Positions 1 to 8,547 are shown, numbered from the stretch's first letter. The stretch is 43,271 nucleotides of DNA from a virus (IMGVR_UViG_3300012943_000686:1-43271), one strand, 5' to 3'. Numbers and translations: made by a program. The notes: generated from the sequence alone by a model not told the origin.

Positions 1-189
1 TCACCGCGCCCATGTGTTGGTGTGCGCATTGAAGTCGCGCAGCTCCATCTTGAGCTTCTTGAGCGTCCAACTGTTGCATTGCCGCAGTCGCCCCACAAGC
101 ATCGACGCCAATCGTGCGGCAACGCGATCGACGATGGCAAGCTGATTGCTCGCGTCGTTCACGGCCTTGGTCATTTCGTCAAAGGTCAT
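1..189 (-). CDS. Hypothetical phage protein (62 aa)
   Basis: ORF with GAGGAG SD; ATGA overlap with the upstream small ORF. Confidence 0.7.
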   Translation of the reverse strand: MTFDEMTKAVNDASNQLAIVDRVAARLASMLVGRLRQCNSWTLKKLKMELRDFNAHTNTWAR

Positions 190-335
190 ACGTCATACTC
201 CTCAAAGGCCGCGCGCATAATTGACTGCGGGACGATCACACTCCCCCACAAAAGGACCGCCAAACGGCCCCACCAAGTGAGCCTGATGGTCAAGACCCCA
301 AATTCGGCGTCGTCACTTCGAATAGCAAACATCAT
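186..335 (-). CDS. Small hypothetical protein (MMFAIRSDDAEFGVLTIRLTWWGRLAVLLWG..., 49 aa), absent from the ORF track
   Basis: AAGGAGG SD inside the polymerase 3' end; fills the gap exactly; stop overlaps the next ATG. Confidence 0.6.
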   Translation of the reverse strand: MMFAIRSDDAEFGVLTIRLTWWGRLAVLLWGSVIVPQSIMRAAFEEYDV

Positions 336-2166
336 GTCCTCCTTCTGCGGCCAGGGGAATTCTCGGGAGCCATGCCGGCCGGATGGTCATGACTTCGTGC
401 ATAAGGCGCAGGCATTCGTCAGCGCGTTCTTCGGGCGCTAGAGCGGCTTTTTCGTCGTGAGAGGTCATCACGATTGGGAACAGGTGGTCTAACCCTCGCC
501 GTCTCCATTCGAGCATGGCGTCAGAGATCACGACACGCGAGAGCGCCTGATCGACGTTTTCCGTCATCATGCCACCGTAGAGCCGGATAGGCGCGCCAGA
601 GGCGTTGAGCATGAGCTTGCCCGCGCGGTTGCGCATCCGCCACTCGCCCTCCTCCCGCACGACGCCCGTGTAATCGAGCTTTGTGCCGTTGGGCAGGACG
701 ATGTAGCCGTCGTGGAGCACCATCGGCCCCCACGGATAATTGAGCGCGCGACCGTGCAGGAGCTGGATCGCCGTTTCTGCTTGCCCCCAGTATTCGACGA
801 CCTTCGGGTGGCGCTTGCGATATTTGGCGACGTAACTTTTGGCCGTGTCGAGATCCACGATCACAGGCTCGCCGCCTAGCGCGCCTATGCGCAGCGTGTT
901 CTTGAGCTTCGGGCCGCCCATACCGTAGCCGCAGCCAAGCTCAAGCACCTTGCCGACCTGGCGCTCACCGGGGTTGTCCTTTTTGTTGATCGGTCGCTCG
1001 TACACGTCGGCGGCCATCGCGGAATACGGATCGCCCTTCTCGAACAGCGAGAGAATGTCCCATTGCTCCGCCAGCGTGTTCAACATCCGCGCTTCAATCT
1101 GGGACGAGTCGCAGACGACCAGGCGGTATCCGGGCGGTGCGACTACGCATTTGCGCAACTCAGAACCGCGCGTGAAATTCTGCCAGTTCATCTTGTCGCC
1201 GCCCGACCAGCGGAACGTGTGCGCGCCCGCAAAATTCAGATAGACGCACATCGGCCCACGCTCGTGCATGGCGAGCATCCGGCGCAGCCGTGTCTCTTCG
1301 AGCGTGCTCTTGACCGATAGGCGCGTTGCCGCCAACGCCTGCACATCCGGGTTCTCGTGTTCCAGAAGCGCTTTCATAAAGGGGTCGGTCTTCGCAAGCG
1401 CAGGAATAGCCTTCGCGGTGCCGTCTTTGCGGGGTTTGCCCGCCTTCATCGCGACCTCGATGCCGAAGCGGTCTTCCAGAAGCGCGGCAAACTTGTCGGT
1501 TGACGACAACTCCTCTTTTTTCACGTCGAGACGCTTGCAAGCGGAACGCTTCGCGCGGATGACGCTGGCGAGCAGCTTTCGCGCGCGCGGCTTATCAAGC
1601 GACAGTAGCGGATCGGTGAACAGACGCACCGTCAAATCAATGATTTCTAGCTCAGAGAGCGGTATGCTCGGGAGCAGCCCACGGAAGACGCCATAGGTGT
1701 TGTCGGCATCGCCTAGCGCATACGCGGCGAGCGCCGCTTCTATGCCCGGCGGCAGGTCGCGCAGGCCCTTCGTGAGGTTGATCGCATCGCCTTTCGCGGG
1801 CAGTCCAAAATGTTCCGAAAGCTCTTTCAAGTTGTGACGTTGGCGTGGCAGAGCCATGCGCGCCATCGAAAGCGTATCGACGTACATCGCCGGTTTGATT
1901 TTGTAGTAGTGCGAAAGGATAAGCCCATCGAAATGAGCGTGCTGACAGAGGAGCGCGACATCGTCCCAGGGAATTTGCGCGAGGAATTTTGGAAGCTGTT
2001 CGCCTGTGATCCACGACGCCGGTGCAGCGTCGTATTTTACAGCGGCACCATGGACCTTGAACTCCGGGCTGCGCACATACGCTTCGGTTGAGAGCTTCTT
2101 AAGCGTGAAATCGTTCGACCAGAACGTCTCGAAATCTAGAGTCAGCAGATGTTTCGGCCAGCGCAT
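313..2166 (-). CDS. Phage DNA polymerase, family A, with 3'-5' exonuclease
   Basis: ExoI DFET, motif A DSSQIEAR, motif B RQVGKVLELGCGYG, motif C HDE. Confidence 0.95.
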   Translation of the reverse strand: MRWPKHLLTLDFETFWSNDFTLKKLSTEAYVRSPEFKVHGAAVKYDAAPASWITGEQLPKFLAQIPWDDVALLCQHAHFDGLILSHYYKIKPAMYVDTLSMARMALPRQRHNLKELSEHFGLPAKGDAINLTKGLRDLPPGIEAALAAYALGDADNTYGVFRGLLPSIPLSELEIIDLTVRLFTDPLLSLDKPRARKLLASVIRAKRSACKRLDVKKEELSSTDKFAALLEDRFGIEVAMKAGKPRKDGTAKAIPALAKTDPFMKALLEHENPDVQALAATRLSVKSTLEETRLRRMLAMHERGPMCVYLNFAGAHTFRWSGGDKMNWQNFTRGSELRKCVVAPPGYRLVVCDSSQIEARMLNTLAEQWDILSLFEKGDPYSAMAADVYERPINKKDNPGERQVGKVLELGCGYGMGGPKLKNTLRIGALGGEPVIVDLDTAKSYVAKYRKRHPKVVEYWGQAETAIQLLHGRALNYPWGPMVLHDGYIVLPNGTKLDYTGVVREEGEWRMRNRAGKLMLNASGAPIRLYGGMMTENVDQALSRVVISDAMLEWRRRGLDHLFPIVMTSHDEKAALAPEERADECLRLMHEVMTIRPAWLPRIPLAAEGGHDVCYSK

Positions 2167-2171
2167 ACGCT

Positions 2172-2200
2172 CAAATATTAGATACGCGCGTATCTGTCAA
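2172..2200 (-). promoter_or_regulatory. Polymerase promoter with operator AGATACGCGCGTATCT in the spacer
   Basis: TTGACA (2200-2195), 17 bp, TATTTG; palindrome core 2183-2192. Confidence 0.75.
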
Positions 2201-2283
2201 GCTATTGCAAAGAGATACGCGGTGCGTTATCCCTGCTCAGTAACCAACTGACAAGTTTCTCAAAATCCAGCTTGACTCACCCG

Positions 2284-2298
2284 GAACGAAGTAGGAAC
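2284..2298 (+). promoter_or_regulatory. Alphaproteobacterial LexA (SOS) box
   Basis: GAAC-GAAGTAG-GAAC = GAAC-N7-GAAC, just after TTGACT (2272-2277), 41 nt before ATG 2340. Confidence 0.7.
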
Positions 2299-2339
2299 GT
2301 CGTCTCACGCTGGGAAAATAAAAAGGGGTAGAGAGATAT

Positions 2340-2663
2340 ATGTCCCATTTAAGGGTAGTTAAGAACCAAGTCCCTGATACGACGCGCTTTCGCCTATTGG
2401 TTTTGGGGCCGCCGGTGACACAGGCAGAGGTCGAAGAGGCTGATGACGTTGAGTGTCCGCTCGTGAGCTTGTTGCTCGCGCCGTTCTATCGCACCGACGG
2501 GGTCATTCAGACCGGCCGGCGGTACGGCCTTCAAGGCGCGGTGTTGCTCACTGTCAGCCGCCACGGCGTGCGCCGGACCATTCGAGGTGCGGCCGTTCCC
2601 CTTATGTCAGGACCGGATATTCTTCTCCCGCGCGGGTTTTTCCTTAGCAACCACGTTGGCTAA
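2340..2663 (+). CDS. Hypothetical protein, candidate SOS-induced antirepressor
   Basis: 107-aa ORF with purine-rich leader, behind LexA box, convergent with and overlapping the repressor 3' end. Confidence 0.5.
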   Translation: MSHLRVVKNQVPDTTRFRLLVLGPPVTQAEVEEADDVECPLVSLLLAPFYRTDGVIQTGRRYGLQGAVLLTVSRHGVRRTIRGAAVPLMSGPDILLPRGFFLSNHVG

Positions 2664-3119
2664 GTTCGTCAGCACTTCAATGAAGGCCTGCGTTCTTTCC
2701 GGGCCTGCGCCGCGCGCATAGTCCATGAAGTCGTTGAATAGCGTCTTTTGCAGAACATCGGGGTCGGGCAAGTCTTCTGACGTAGCGCCCAACATTGGTT
2801 CAGCCCACCGCCCTCGCGGGTTCATTTCGACTACGGTGCTGCTATGGCGCTGCATCATTTGAAGCCTACCCTGCTGCGCTTCCTGTTCGTCGAAACCAGC
2901 AGGCGCCTTTCCCTCCCCCGTTTTTAACCAGAGAGAATCCACCCGCAGGGCTTTAGCGAAAGCATCGTTGTAAATGCTGCTACTTCGGTTTTTGCGCTCA
3001 AGCTGTGAAATCAACGCCTGCTCGCAACCAACCGCACGCGCCAATTTGGTTGCCCCCACGGGACCGCCCTTAGCGTGCTGCCGAGCCCACCAGAGCCGAT
3101 CTGCAAAAGTCGCTTCCAC
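2607..3119 (-). CDS. XRE-family HTH phage repressor (probable GTG start 3119)
   Basis: FADRL..AR...ATKLARAVGCEQALISQLE...AKALRVDSLWLKTGEG HTH pattern; GGAG SD 7 nt upstream of GTG. Confidence 0.85.
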   Translation of the reverse strand: MEATFADRLWWARQHAKGGPVGATKLARAVGCEQALISQLERKNRSSSIYNDAFAKALRVDSLWLKTGEGKAPAGFDEQEAQQGRLQMMQRHSSTVVEMNPRGRWAEPMLGATSEDLPDPDVLQKTLFNDFMDYARGAGPERTQAFIEVLTNLANVVAKEKPAREKNIRS

Positions 3120-3131
3120 CGTTGTTCTCCG

Positions 3132-3170
3132 TTGCAACGCGTACCTGCCTATGGTAGATACGCGCGTATT
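3132..3170. promoter_or_regulatory. Divergent repressor/RuvC control region with one operator
   Basis: TTGCAA (3132-3137), 17 bp, TAGATA; TACGCGCGTA at 3159-3168; TACCAT -10-like on minus strand. Confidence 0.65.
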
Positions 3171-3198
3171 AAATGTTTCCTACCAGCGAGAAAGTCTG

Positions 3199-3714
3199 AT
3201 GATCCTTGGCATTGACCCGGGGCTTCGCGGAGCATTGGCTCTGTTCGACCCCGATACGTGTTCTATCGTTCGCAGCAGCAGCATAGCCACCAATACCGTT
3301 TTTCGCAACGGGAAAAGGAGGTTAACGCTGGATATACCAATGCTAGTGCGCCAAATACGCGAGTATGCCACCCCCGGTGTCATCGGCGTACTTGAACGCG
3401 TAGCCGCGTATCGAATCAGCGGTAGGCGCCAAGGGGGCTCCTCTATGTTTTCCTTCGGAAAAACTGCGGGGGCGATCGAAGCCGCGCTCGCGGCCAGCGG
3501 AATCTCTTACTCCCTCGTCATGCCCGCCATCTGGAAGAAGGCGCTCGGCTGCCCGGCCGATAAAGACGGCACGCTGGTCATTGCCGGCCAATTGATGCCC
3601 GCCAGCGTGGAGCATTGGACCCCGCGCCGTAAGGTCCGCACCAAGGCGGATTGCGAAGGCATTGGGGAGGCCGCGCTGCTCGCCTATTACGGCGCGCGGC
3701 AAATACGCGCTTGA
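3199..3714 (+). CDS. RuvC-like Holliday junction resolvase
   Basis: MILGIDPG start, LERV acidic residue, SMFSFG, C-terminal EAALLAYYG. Confidence 0.85.
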   Translation: MILGIDPGLRGALALFDPDTCSIVRSSSIATNTVFRNGKRRLTLDIPMLVRQIREYATPGVIGVLERVAAYRISGRRQGGSSMFSFGKTAGAIEAALAASGISYSLVMPAIWKKALGCPADKDGTLVIAGQLMPASVEHWTPRRKVRTKADCEGIGEAALLAYYGARQIRA

Positions 3715-3738
3715 CATTTGTGCATACGCGCGTATCTT
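3711..3738 (+). promoter_or_regulatory. Replication operon promoter with operator
   Basis: TTGACA 3711-3716, 16 bp, TATCTT; TACGCGCGTA 3725-3734 overlaps the -10. Confidence 0.75.
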
Positions 3739-3776
3739 CGACGTATCGACTGAGCACCTAACCCGAGGATCAACCC

Positions 3777-4244
3777 ATGACCGAAGCACCAAAGCTACTC
3801 GATACGCTTCTCGGCTTCTCCCCCACCGAATTGCAAGACTATCAGGAACGCCTCGTCGCTGACACGGCAGACCTGAAGACGCGCAAGGACGTGTTCGAAG
3901 CCGCGCTTGAACGCAAATACGGCGATCTTGTTCAAAACGCTTATCTTACTGCGAAGAAAGATACCGGCACAGTAAACGTCGCCGCGTCGAACACACTCGA
4001 TCTCAAAATCGAACGCGACAAGACCGTCGTCTGGGATCAAGCGAAGCTACGCGCTGCGCTCGACTCCATGAACGCAGACACCGCGCGGCACTACGCCAAA
4101 GTCTCCATAGAAATCCCCGAAGCGAAATACAACGCTGCGCCACCTGACATTCAGAAGACGCTCGCAGAGGCGCGCTCAATCAAGGTTGGCAAGAACAAAT
4201 TCACGTTCAAGCCGAACAAGGAAGCCATGAAGGAGGCCGCATGA
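3777..4244 (+). CDS. Conserved phage protein preceding Sak4-like ATPase
   Basis: KDTGTV and V.WDQAKL motifs typical of this module; GAGG SD. Confidence 0.75.
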   Translation: MTEAPKLLDTLLGFSPTELQDYQERLVADTADLKTRKDVFEAALERKYGDLVQNAYLTAKKDTGTVNVAASNTLDLKIERDKTVVWDQAKLRAALDSMNADTARHYAKVSIEIPEAKYNAAPPDIQKTLAEARSIKVGKNKFTFKPNKEAMKEAA

Positions 4245-4870
4245 TGCTCGCCTATCACAACAACCCCGAAAACAAGGTCGTGATATTGGCGCAATTAAAG
4301 CGCCACCACGACGCCGACGAACTCGTCAAAGGTCAGTATTGGCAGAATGGTAAAGGCTGCGCTGTCGGTTGCACGATCTATTCGAGCAACCACGCAGAAT
4401 ATGAGCCGAAGTTTGGTATTCCGCAGGTGCTCGCACGGCTTGAAGATACGATCTTCGAAGGACTATCGAACGCTGACGCGAAGAAATGGCCGCTGAAGTT
4501 CATGGGCGCCATTCACCCCGGCGCCGATCTCTCTCGTGTCGGCTGGAAGTTCTTGCATTGGCTTCTCACCGACAAAAGCGTGAACCCAGGCATCGACCAT
4601 CCGCTTGTGCGCGACGCCATTAAACAATGTGCTGACGTACTCGTCCCCCTCACAAAGGGCCTCCCAGTCGACAAAGCGGCGGCTGATGCGGCGGCTCGTG
4701 CGGCGGCTGATGCGGCTTATGCGGCGGCTGATGCGGCGGCTTATGCGGCTTATGCGGCTCGTGCGGCGGCTTATGCGGCGGCTGATGCGGCGGCTTATGC
4801 GGCTGATGCGGCTTATGCGGCTTATAAAAAAATGGCCGCCAAACTCATAAAACTGTTGGAGGCAGCATAA
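4241..4870 (+). CDS. Hypothetical phage protein with Ala-rich repeat tail
   Basis: ATGA coupling, AGGAGG SD; KGCAVGC motif; AA(A)[DYR] repeats. Confidence 0.8.
   Translation: MMLAYHNNPENKVVILAQLKRHHDADELVKGQYWQNGKGCAVGCTIYSSNHAEYEPKFGIPQVLARLEDTIFEGLSNADAKKWPLKFMGAIHPGADLSRVGWKFLHWLLTDKSVNPGIDHPLVRDAIKQCADVLVPLTKGLPVDKAAADAAARAAADAAYAAADAAAYAAYAARAAAYAAADAAAYAADAAYAAYKKMAAKLIKLLEAA
4676..4825 (+). repeat. Coding tandem repeat of 9/12-nt units GCG(GCG)GCT[GAT/TAT/CGT]
   Basis: Directly visible; encodes AAADAAARAAADAAYAAAD... Confidence 0.95.
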
Positions 4871-5700
4871 TGGCCCTCGCTATCATCACAGCCGATCAGC
4901 GTATGCGTTCGGCAACCGTCAAAGGCATGGTGCTCGGTAAAGCGGGCGTAGGTAAGACGACCCTTATCAAGTCGCTTGATCCAGCAACCACTCTCTGTCT
5001 CGACGTAGAGGGCGGTATGCTCTCAGTCCAGCGCGACGACCGTTTCGGCCCCGCATGGCGCGGCGACAGCATCAAAATTGAAAGCTGGCCGGAAGCGAAG
5101 GCCGTGCTCGAAGCCTTCAAGGCGAAGCATCCCGCGTTCACAAAATATCATTCAGTGTTCATCGACAGTATCAGCATCGCGTCGCGCATGTGCTTCGACT
5201 GGTGCAAAGAGCAACCGGAGGCCTTCAATAAGAAGGGCGAGAAGAACAATCTCGGCGCCTATGGTCTGCTCGGCCTGGAAATGCCGGATTGGTGTTGGGG
5301 CTGGAAGCATCTGGACGGCGTGAACGTCTGGCTTGTTGGCGGCCTTGAACAGAAAGAAGTGCTCGGCGTCAAAGAATGGGTGCCGCTCACGACTGGTTCG
5401 AAGCTCGCCAGCGAACTCCCCTTCATTATGGATTGTTGTCTTGTCATGGATCGCTTCAAAGCGGCTGACGGCAACTATTATGTGGGCCTCTTCACCGACG
5501 CCTTGAAGAACCCGGAATACGCAAGTGTCCCGGTAAAGACCCGGATCGACGGCCTCGACCAGATCGAGCCGCCGCACCTCGGGAAGCTGATGGCGAAGGC
5601 AATCGGGTCTTCGCCTCAGAGCGCGCCGCCGCCAAGTGCAGCTACCAACCAAACCGGCAACGACGCGCACGCCACACCTAACCACAGCGAGGCAGCCTAA
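4870..5700 (+). CDS. Sak4-like AAA_24 ATPase (recombination/annealing)
   Basis: Walker A GKAGVGKT, LDVEGG, Walker B VFIDSIS; next to SSB-like gene. Confidence 0.85.
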   Translation: MALAIITADQRMRSATVKGMVLGKAGVGKTTLIKSLDPATTLCLDVEGGMLSVQRDDRFGPAWRGDSIKIESWPEAKAVLEAFKAKHPAFTKYHSVFIDSISIASRMCFDWCKEQPEAFNKKGEKNNLGAYGLLGLEMPDWCWGWKHLDGVNVWLVGGLEQKEVLGVKEWVPLTTGSKLASELPFIMDCCLVMDRFKAADGNYYVGLFTDALKNPEYASVPVKTRIDGLDQIEPPHLGKLMAKAIGSSPQSAPPPSAATNQTGNDAHATPNHSEAA

Positions 5701-5702
5701 CC

Positions 5703-6446
5703 ATGACCTACAGCTACGATTTCAGCAACGACAAACCGGACATCCGGGCGGTCATCCCCGCCGGAACACCTCTCCTACTGCAAATGACCTTCACACCCGG
5801 CGGTGTCGGCCCTGATGGCGCCCTGACCGCATCGAAAGAAACAGACGCCGTCTATCTGAAAGCCGAGTTCACCGTGCTCCGTGGGCCGTACAAGGGGCGC
5901 AAGATTTGGGGCAACCTTACGGTGTCGGGCGGGAAGGTCGACGAAAAGAACCAGTCGGTCGCTGGCAAGATCACCCGCCAGACGATCCGCTGCATCATCG
6001 ACAGCTCGCAGGGCATTCGCAGCGACGACGAGACCCCAGAAGCCAATGCAAAGCGCGTTCTCCCGAACGGCTTCCGTGATCTTCAGGGCCGCCGATTCGT
6101 CGCCAAGGCAAAGGTGGAGAAGGCGAACGGCAACTACCCCGAGAAGAACGGGCTCGGCCAGGTGCTCACGTCGGACATGAAGGGCTACCCCAGCGAAGCA
6201 GAGCTGGACAACCCAGCTGTCGGTGCTGCGGTTCCCGCGACGGCAGCTATCCCCGCGCCTGCGTGGGATAACGGCGGACAAACTGTTGCGCAGGAGCGTA
6301 GCAACATCGCCAATGCGGCGGCCGCGCTCACGAATGTTGCAGTCGGGGCAACCATCGCCCTTGCTGAAGTAGTCGCACCAGCAGCCGCGCCAGCGCAGCA
6401 GACGACCGCTGCCGACGCGATCCCGGCATGGGCGAAGGCCGCGTAA
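5703..6446 (+). CDS. Putative single-stranded DNA-binding protein (DUF669-like)
   Basis: EFTVLRGPYKGRKIW motif; low-complexity tail ending PAWA; position after Sak4. Confidence 0.7.
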   Translation: MTYSYDFSNDKPDIRAVIPAGTPLLLQMTFTPGGVGPDGALTASKETDAVYLKAEFTVLRGPYKGRKIWGNLTVSGGKVDEKNQSVAGKITRQTIRCIIDSSQGIRSDDETPEANAKRVLPNGFRDLQGRRFVAKAKVEKANGNYPEKNGLGQVLTSDMKGYPSEAELDNPAVGAAVPATAAIPAPAWDNGGQTVAQERSNIANAAAALTNVAVGATIALAEVVAPAAAPAQQTTAADAIPAWAKAA

Positions 6447-6513
6447 CTACGACTTTTCTTCGGTGAAGCAATGAGAGGGCGCCCTGGGCCAACAACCCAG
6501 GGCGTATCACCGG

Positions 6514-8193
6514 ATGCGCTTGCGTCCCAGACAAACAATCGCAGTCGATGCGAGCACGATGGCTCTCTCAGAGCACAAGAACACCTTGCTCGTTGCCCCC
6601 ACCGGCGCGGGCAAGACGATCATGCTTTCGGCCGTCACCGGCCAGCGCATCAACAATGCGCGTGCGGACAAGCCGAATAAGGCGTTGATCCTGCAACATC
6701 GGCAAGAGCTGGTGGCGCAGAACGCCAGGAAGTTCAAGGCGGTCAACCCGTCTATCCCCTATTCCCTTTTCGATTCGCAGTCGAAGTCCTGGAACGGTCG
6801 CGCCGTGTTCGGCATGGTGCAGACACTCGCGCGTGACGCGAACCTCGCCCGCTTTCCGGCGCTCGATGTGCTCACGATTGACGAAGCCCACCACGCCACC
6901 GCCGACAGCTATCAAAAGATCATTAAGCGCGCACGGGAGGTGAACCCCGACGTTGCAATCTTCGGCGTCACCGCAACCCCCAACCGTGGAGACGGAACGC
7001 CGCTTCGCGATGTGTTCGATAATGTGGCCGATCAGATCTCTATCGGAGAGCTTATTGCCAGCGGCCATCTTGTTCGGCCCCGCACATACGTCATCGACGT
7101 GGGTACACAATCCGCCCTTCAGAATGTCCGCAAGCTCGCGACCGACTTCGATATGTCGCAAGTCGCGCAGATTATGGATAAGGAAATCGTCACCGATCAG
7201 ATTATTGCGCGGTGGCGCGAACTGGCGGGCGACCGCAAGACAGTCGTCTTCGCGTCCACTGTAGCACATGCGCAGAATGTGGCGGAGGCCTTTCGCGCGC
7301 AAGGCTTCACCGCCGACATTGTTCACGGCGGGCTGGCGCCCGCACAACGCGCCGATGTGTTAGCCGCCTATACGGCGAACCGCATTCAAGTGCTCGTGAA
7401 TGTCGCGGTGCTCACGGAAGGTTACGACTGCCCGCCAATCTCCTGCGTCGTGCTACTGCGCCCCTCTTCCTACAAGTCAACAATGGTGCAGATGATCGGT
7501 CGTGGTCTGCGCACGGTCAACGAAGAAGAGTTTCCGGGCATCGTAAAGACCGACTGCATCGTATTGGACTTCGGCACGTCGAGCTTGACGCACGGCTCGC
7601 TCGAAGATGACGTGAACCTCGATGGGCGCCCCAAGGACGGCCAGGCACCTAAAAAAGCGTGCCTCGGTTGCGGCGCCATGGTGCCAATCGCGACGCTTGA
7701 GTGTCCGCTCTGCGGCTTCGAATGGGAGACGCCCGAAGGTCACGAGAAGTCCGCCATGGGCAATATCGTGATGACGGAAATCGACTTGCTCGCCAAGTCG
7801 AATTTTAAATGGGTGGACATCTGGGGCGACGAGCGTGCGCTGATCGCGGCGGGCTTTGACGCTTGGTCGGGCATCTTCTGGTGGGAAGGGCTCTGGCATG
7901 TCGTCGGCGGCACAAAAGATAGCCTCAAGCATATCGGCCTGGGCGAACGTCTTGTTGCTCTTGCCCTTGGGGACGACTTCCTTAACGAACACGAAGACGG
8001 CAACAGCGCCCACAAGACAAAACGGTGGTTGCGCGAGCCAGCGACAGAGAAACAGCTTCAGGCGCTTGGCCTTCTGCACGAGGTCTCGCCTGTCAGCAAA
8101 TACCAGGCCATGTGTCGGTTGAGCTTCAAGTTCAACCGCCGCGCAATTCAGAACCTTGTGATGAATCACGCACCGATGAAGAGGGCAGCTTAG
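6514..8193 (+). CDS. SF2 DEAH helicase with C-terminal Zn ribbon
   Basis: PTGAGKT, DEAHH, TATP, TEGYD, QMIGRGLR, CxxC-CxxC. Confidence 0.95.
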   Translation: MRLRPRQTIAVDASTMALSEHKNTLLVAPTGAGKTIMLSAVTGQRINNARADKPNKALILQHRQELVAQNARKFKAVNPSIPYSLFDSQSKSWNGRAVFGMVQTLARDANLARFPALDVLTIDEAHHATADSYQKIIKRAREVNPDVAIFGVTATPNRGDGTPLRDVFDNVADQISIGELIASGHLVRPRTYVIDVGTQSALQNVRKLATDFDMSQVAQIMDKEIVTDQIIARWRELAGDRKTVVFASTVAHAQNVAEAFRAQGFTADIVHGGLAPAQRADVLAAYTANRIQVLVNVAVLTEGYDCPPISCVVLLRPSSYKSTMVQMIGRGLRTVNEEEFPGIVKTDCIVLDFGTSSLTHGSLEDDVNLDGRPKDGQAPKKACLGCGAMVPIATLECPLCGFEWETPEGHEKSAMGNIVMTEIDLLAKSNFKWVDIWGDERALIAAGFDAWSGIFWWEGLWHVVGGTKDSLKHIGLGERLVALALGDDFLNEHEDGNSAHKTKRWLREPATEKQLQALGLLHEVSPVSKYQAMCRLSFKFNRRAIQNLVMNHAPMKRAA

Positions 8194-8547
8194 ATGCACC
8201 TGACACCTGTCATCCTTGAGAACATTTATGAACTGCTGCGCTCGACACCGCCGTTCAAGCGTTGGGGCTTGCCTGAGGCAGATGCCGTTGAATTCCACGT
8301 TCACCGTCACCGCGACAACCGTTTCGGCGATTATGCCTGCATCGGCGGCCGCCATGTTATCCGTCTGTCCGACAAGCGCCACGAGAATATGACACAGGTT
8401 TTGCAGACCATGGCGCATGAGATGACGCACCTGCATCAAAGCCTTACCGACCGCCATTGCCGCCCATCAAATTCGCACGGGCGCAAATTCTTCCGTCTCA
8501 TAGAACAGGTTGGCCGCCGATGGGGCTGGCAACCGGAGTTGATCTAA
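8194..8547 (+). CDS. SprT-like zinc metalloprotease domain protein
   Basis: HEMTH (HExxH) followed by HGRKF. Confidence 0.7.
   Translation: MHLTPVILENIYELLRSTPPFKRWGLPEADAVEFHVHRHRDNRFGDYACIGGRHVIRLSDKRHENMTQVLQTMAHEMTHLHQSLTDRHCRPSNSHGRKFFRLIEQVGRRWGWQPELI

Noticed and set aside
2974-3198. N-terminal extension of the RuvC ORF from the track
   Set aside because: Overlaps the repressor and operator; family motif begins at MILGIDPG (3199)
4676-4825. Repeat tract as CRISPR or non-coding array
   Set aside because: No unique spacers; in-frame codon repeat within a coupled ORF
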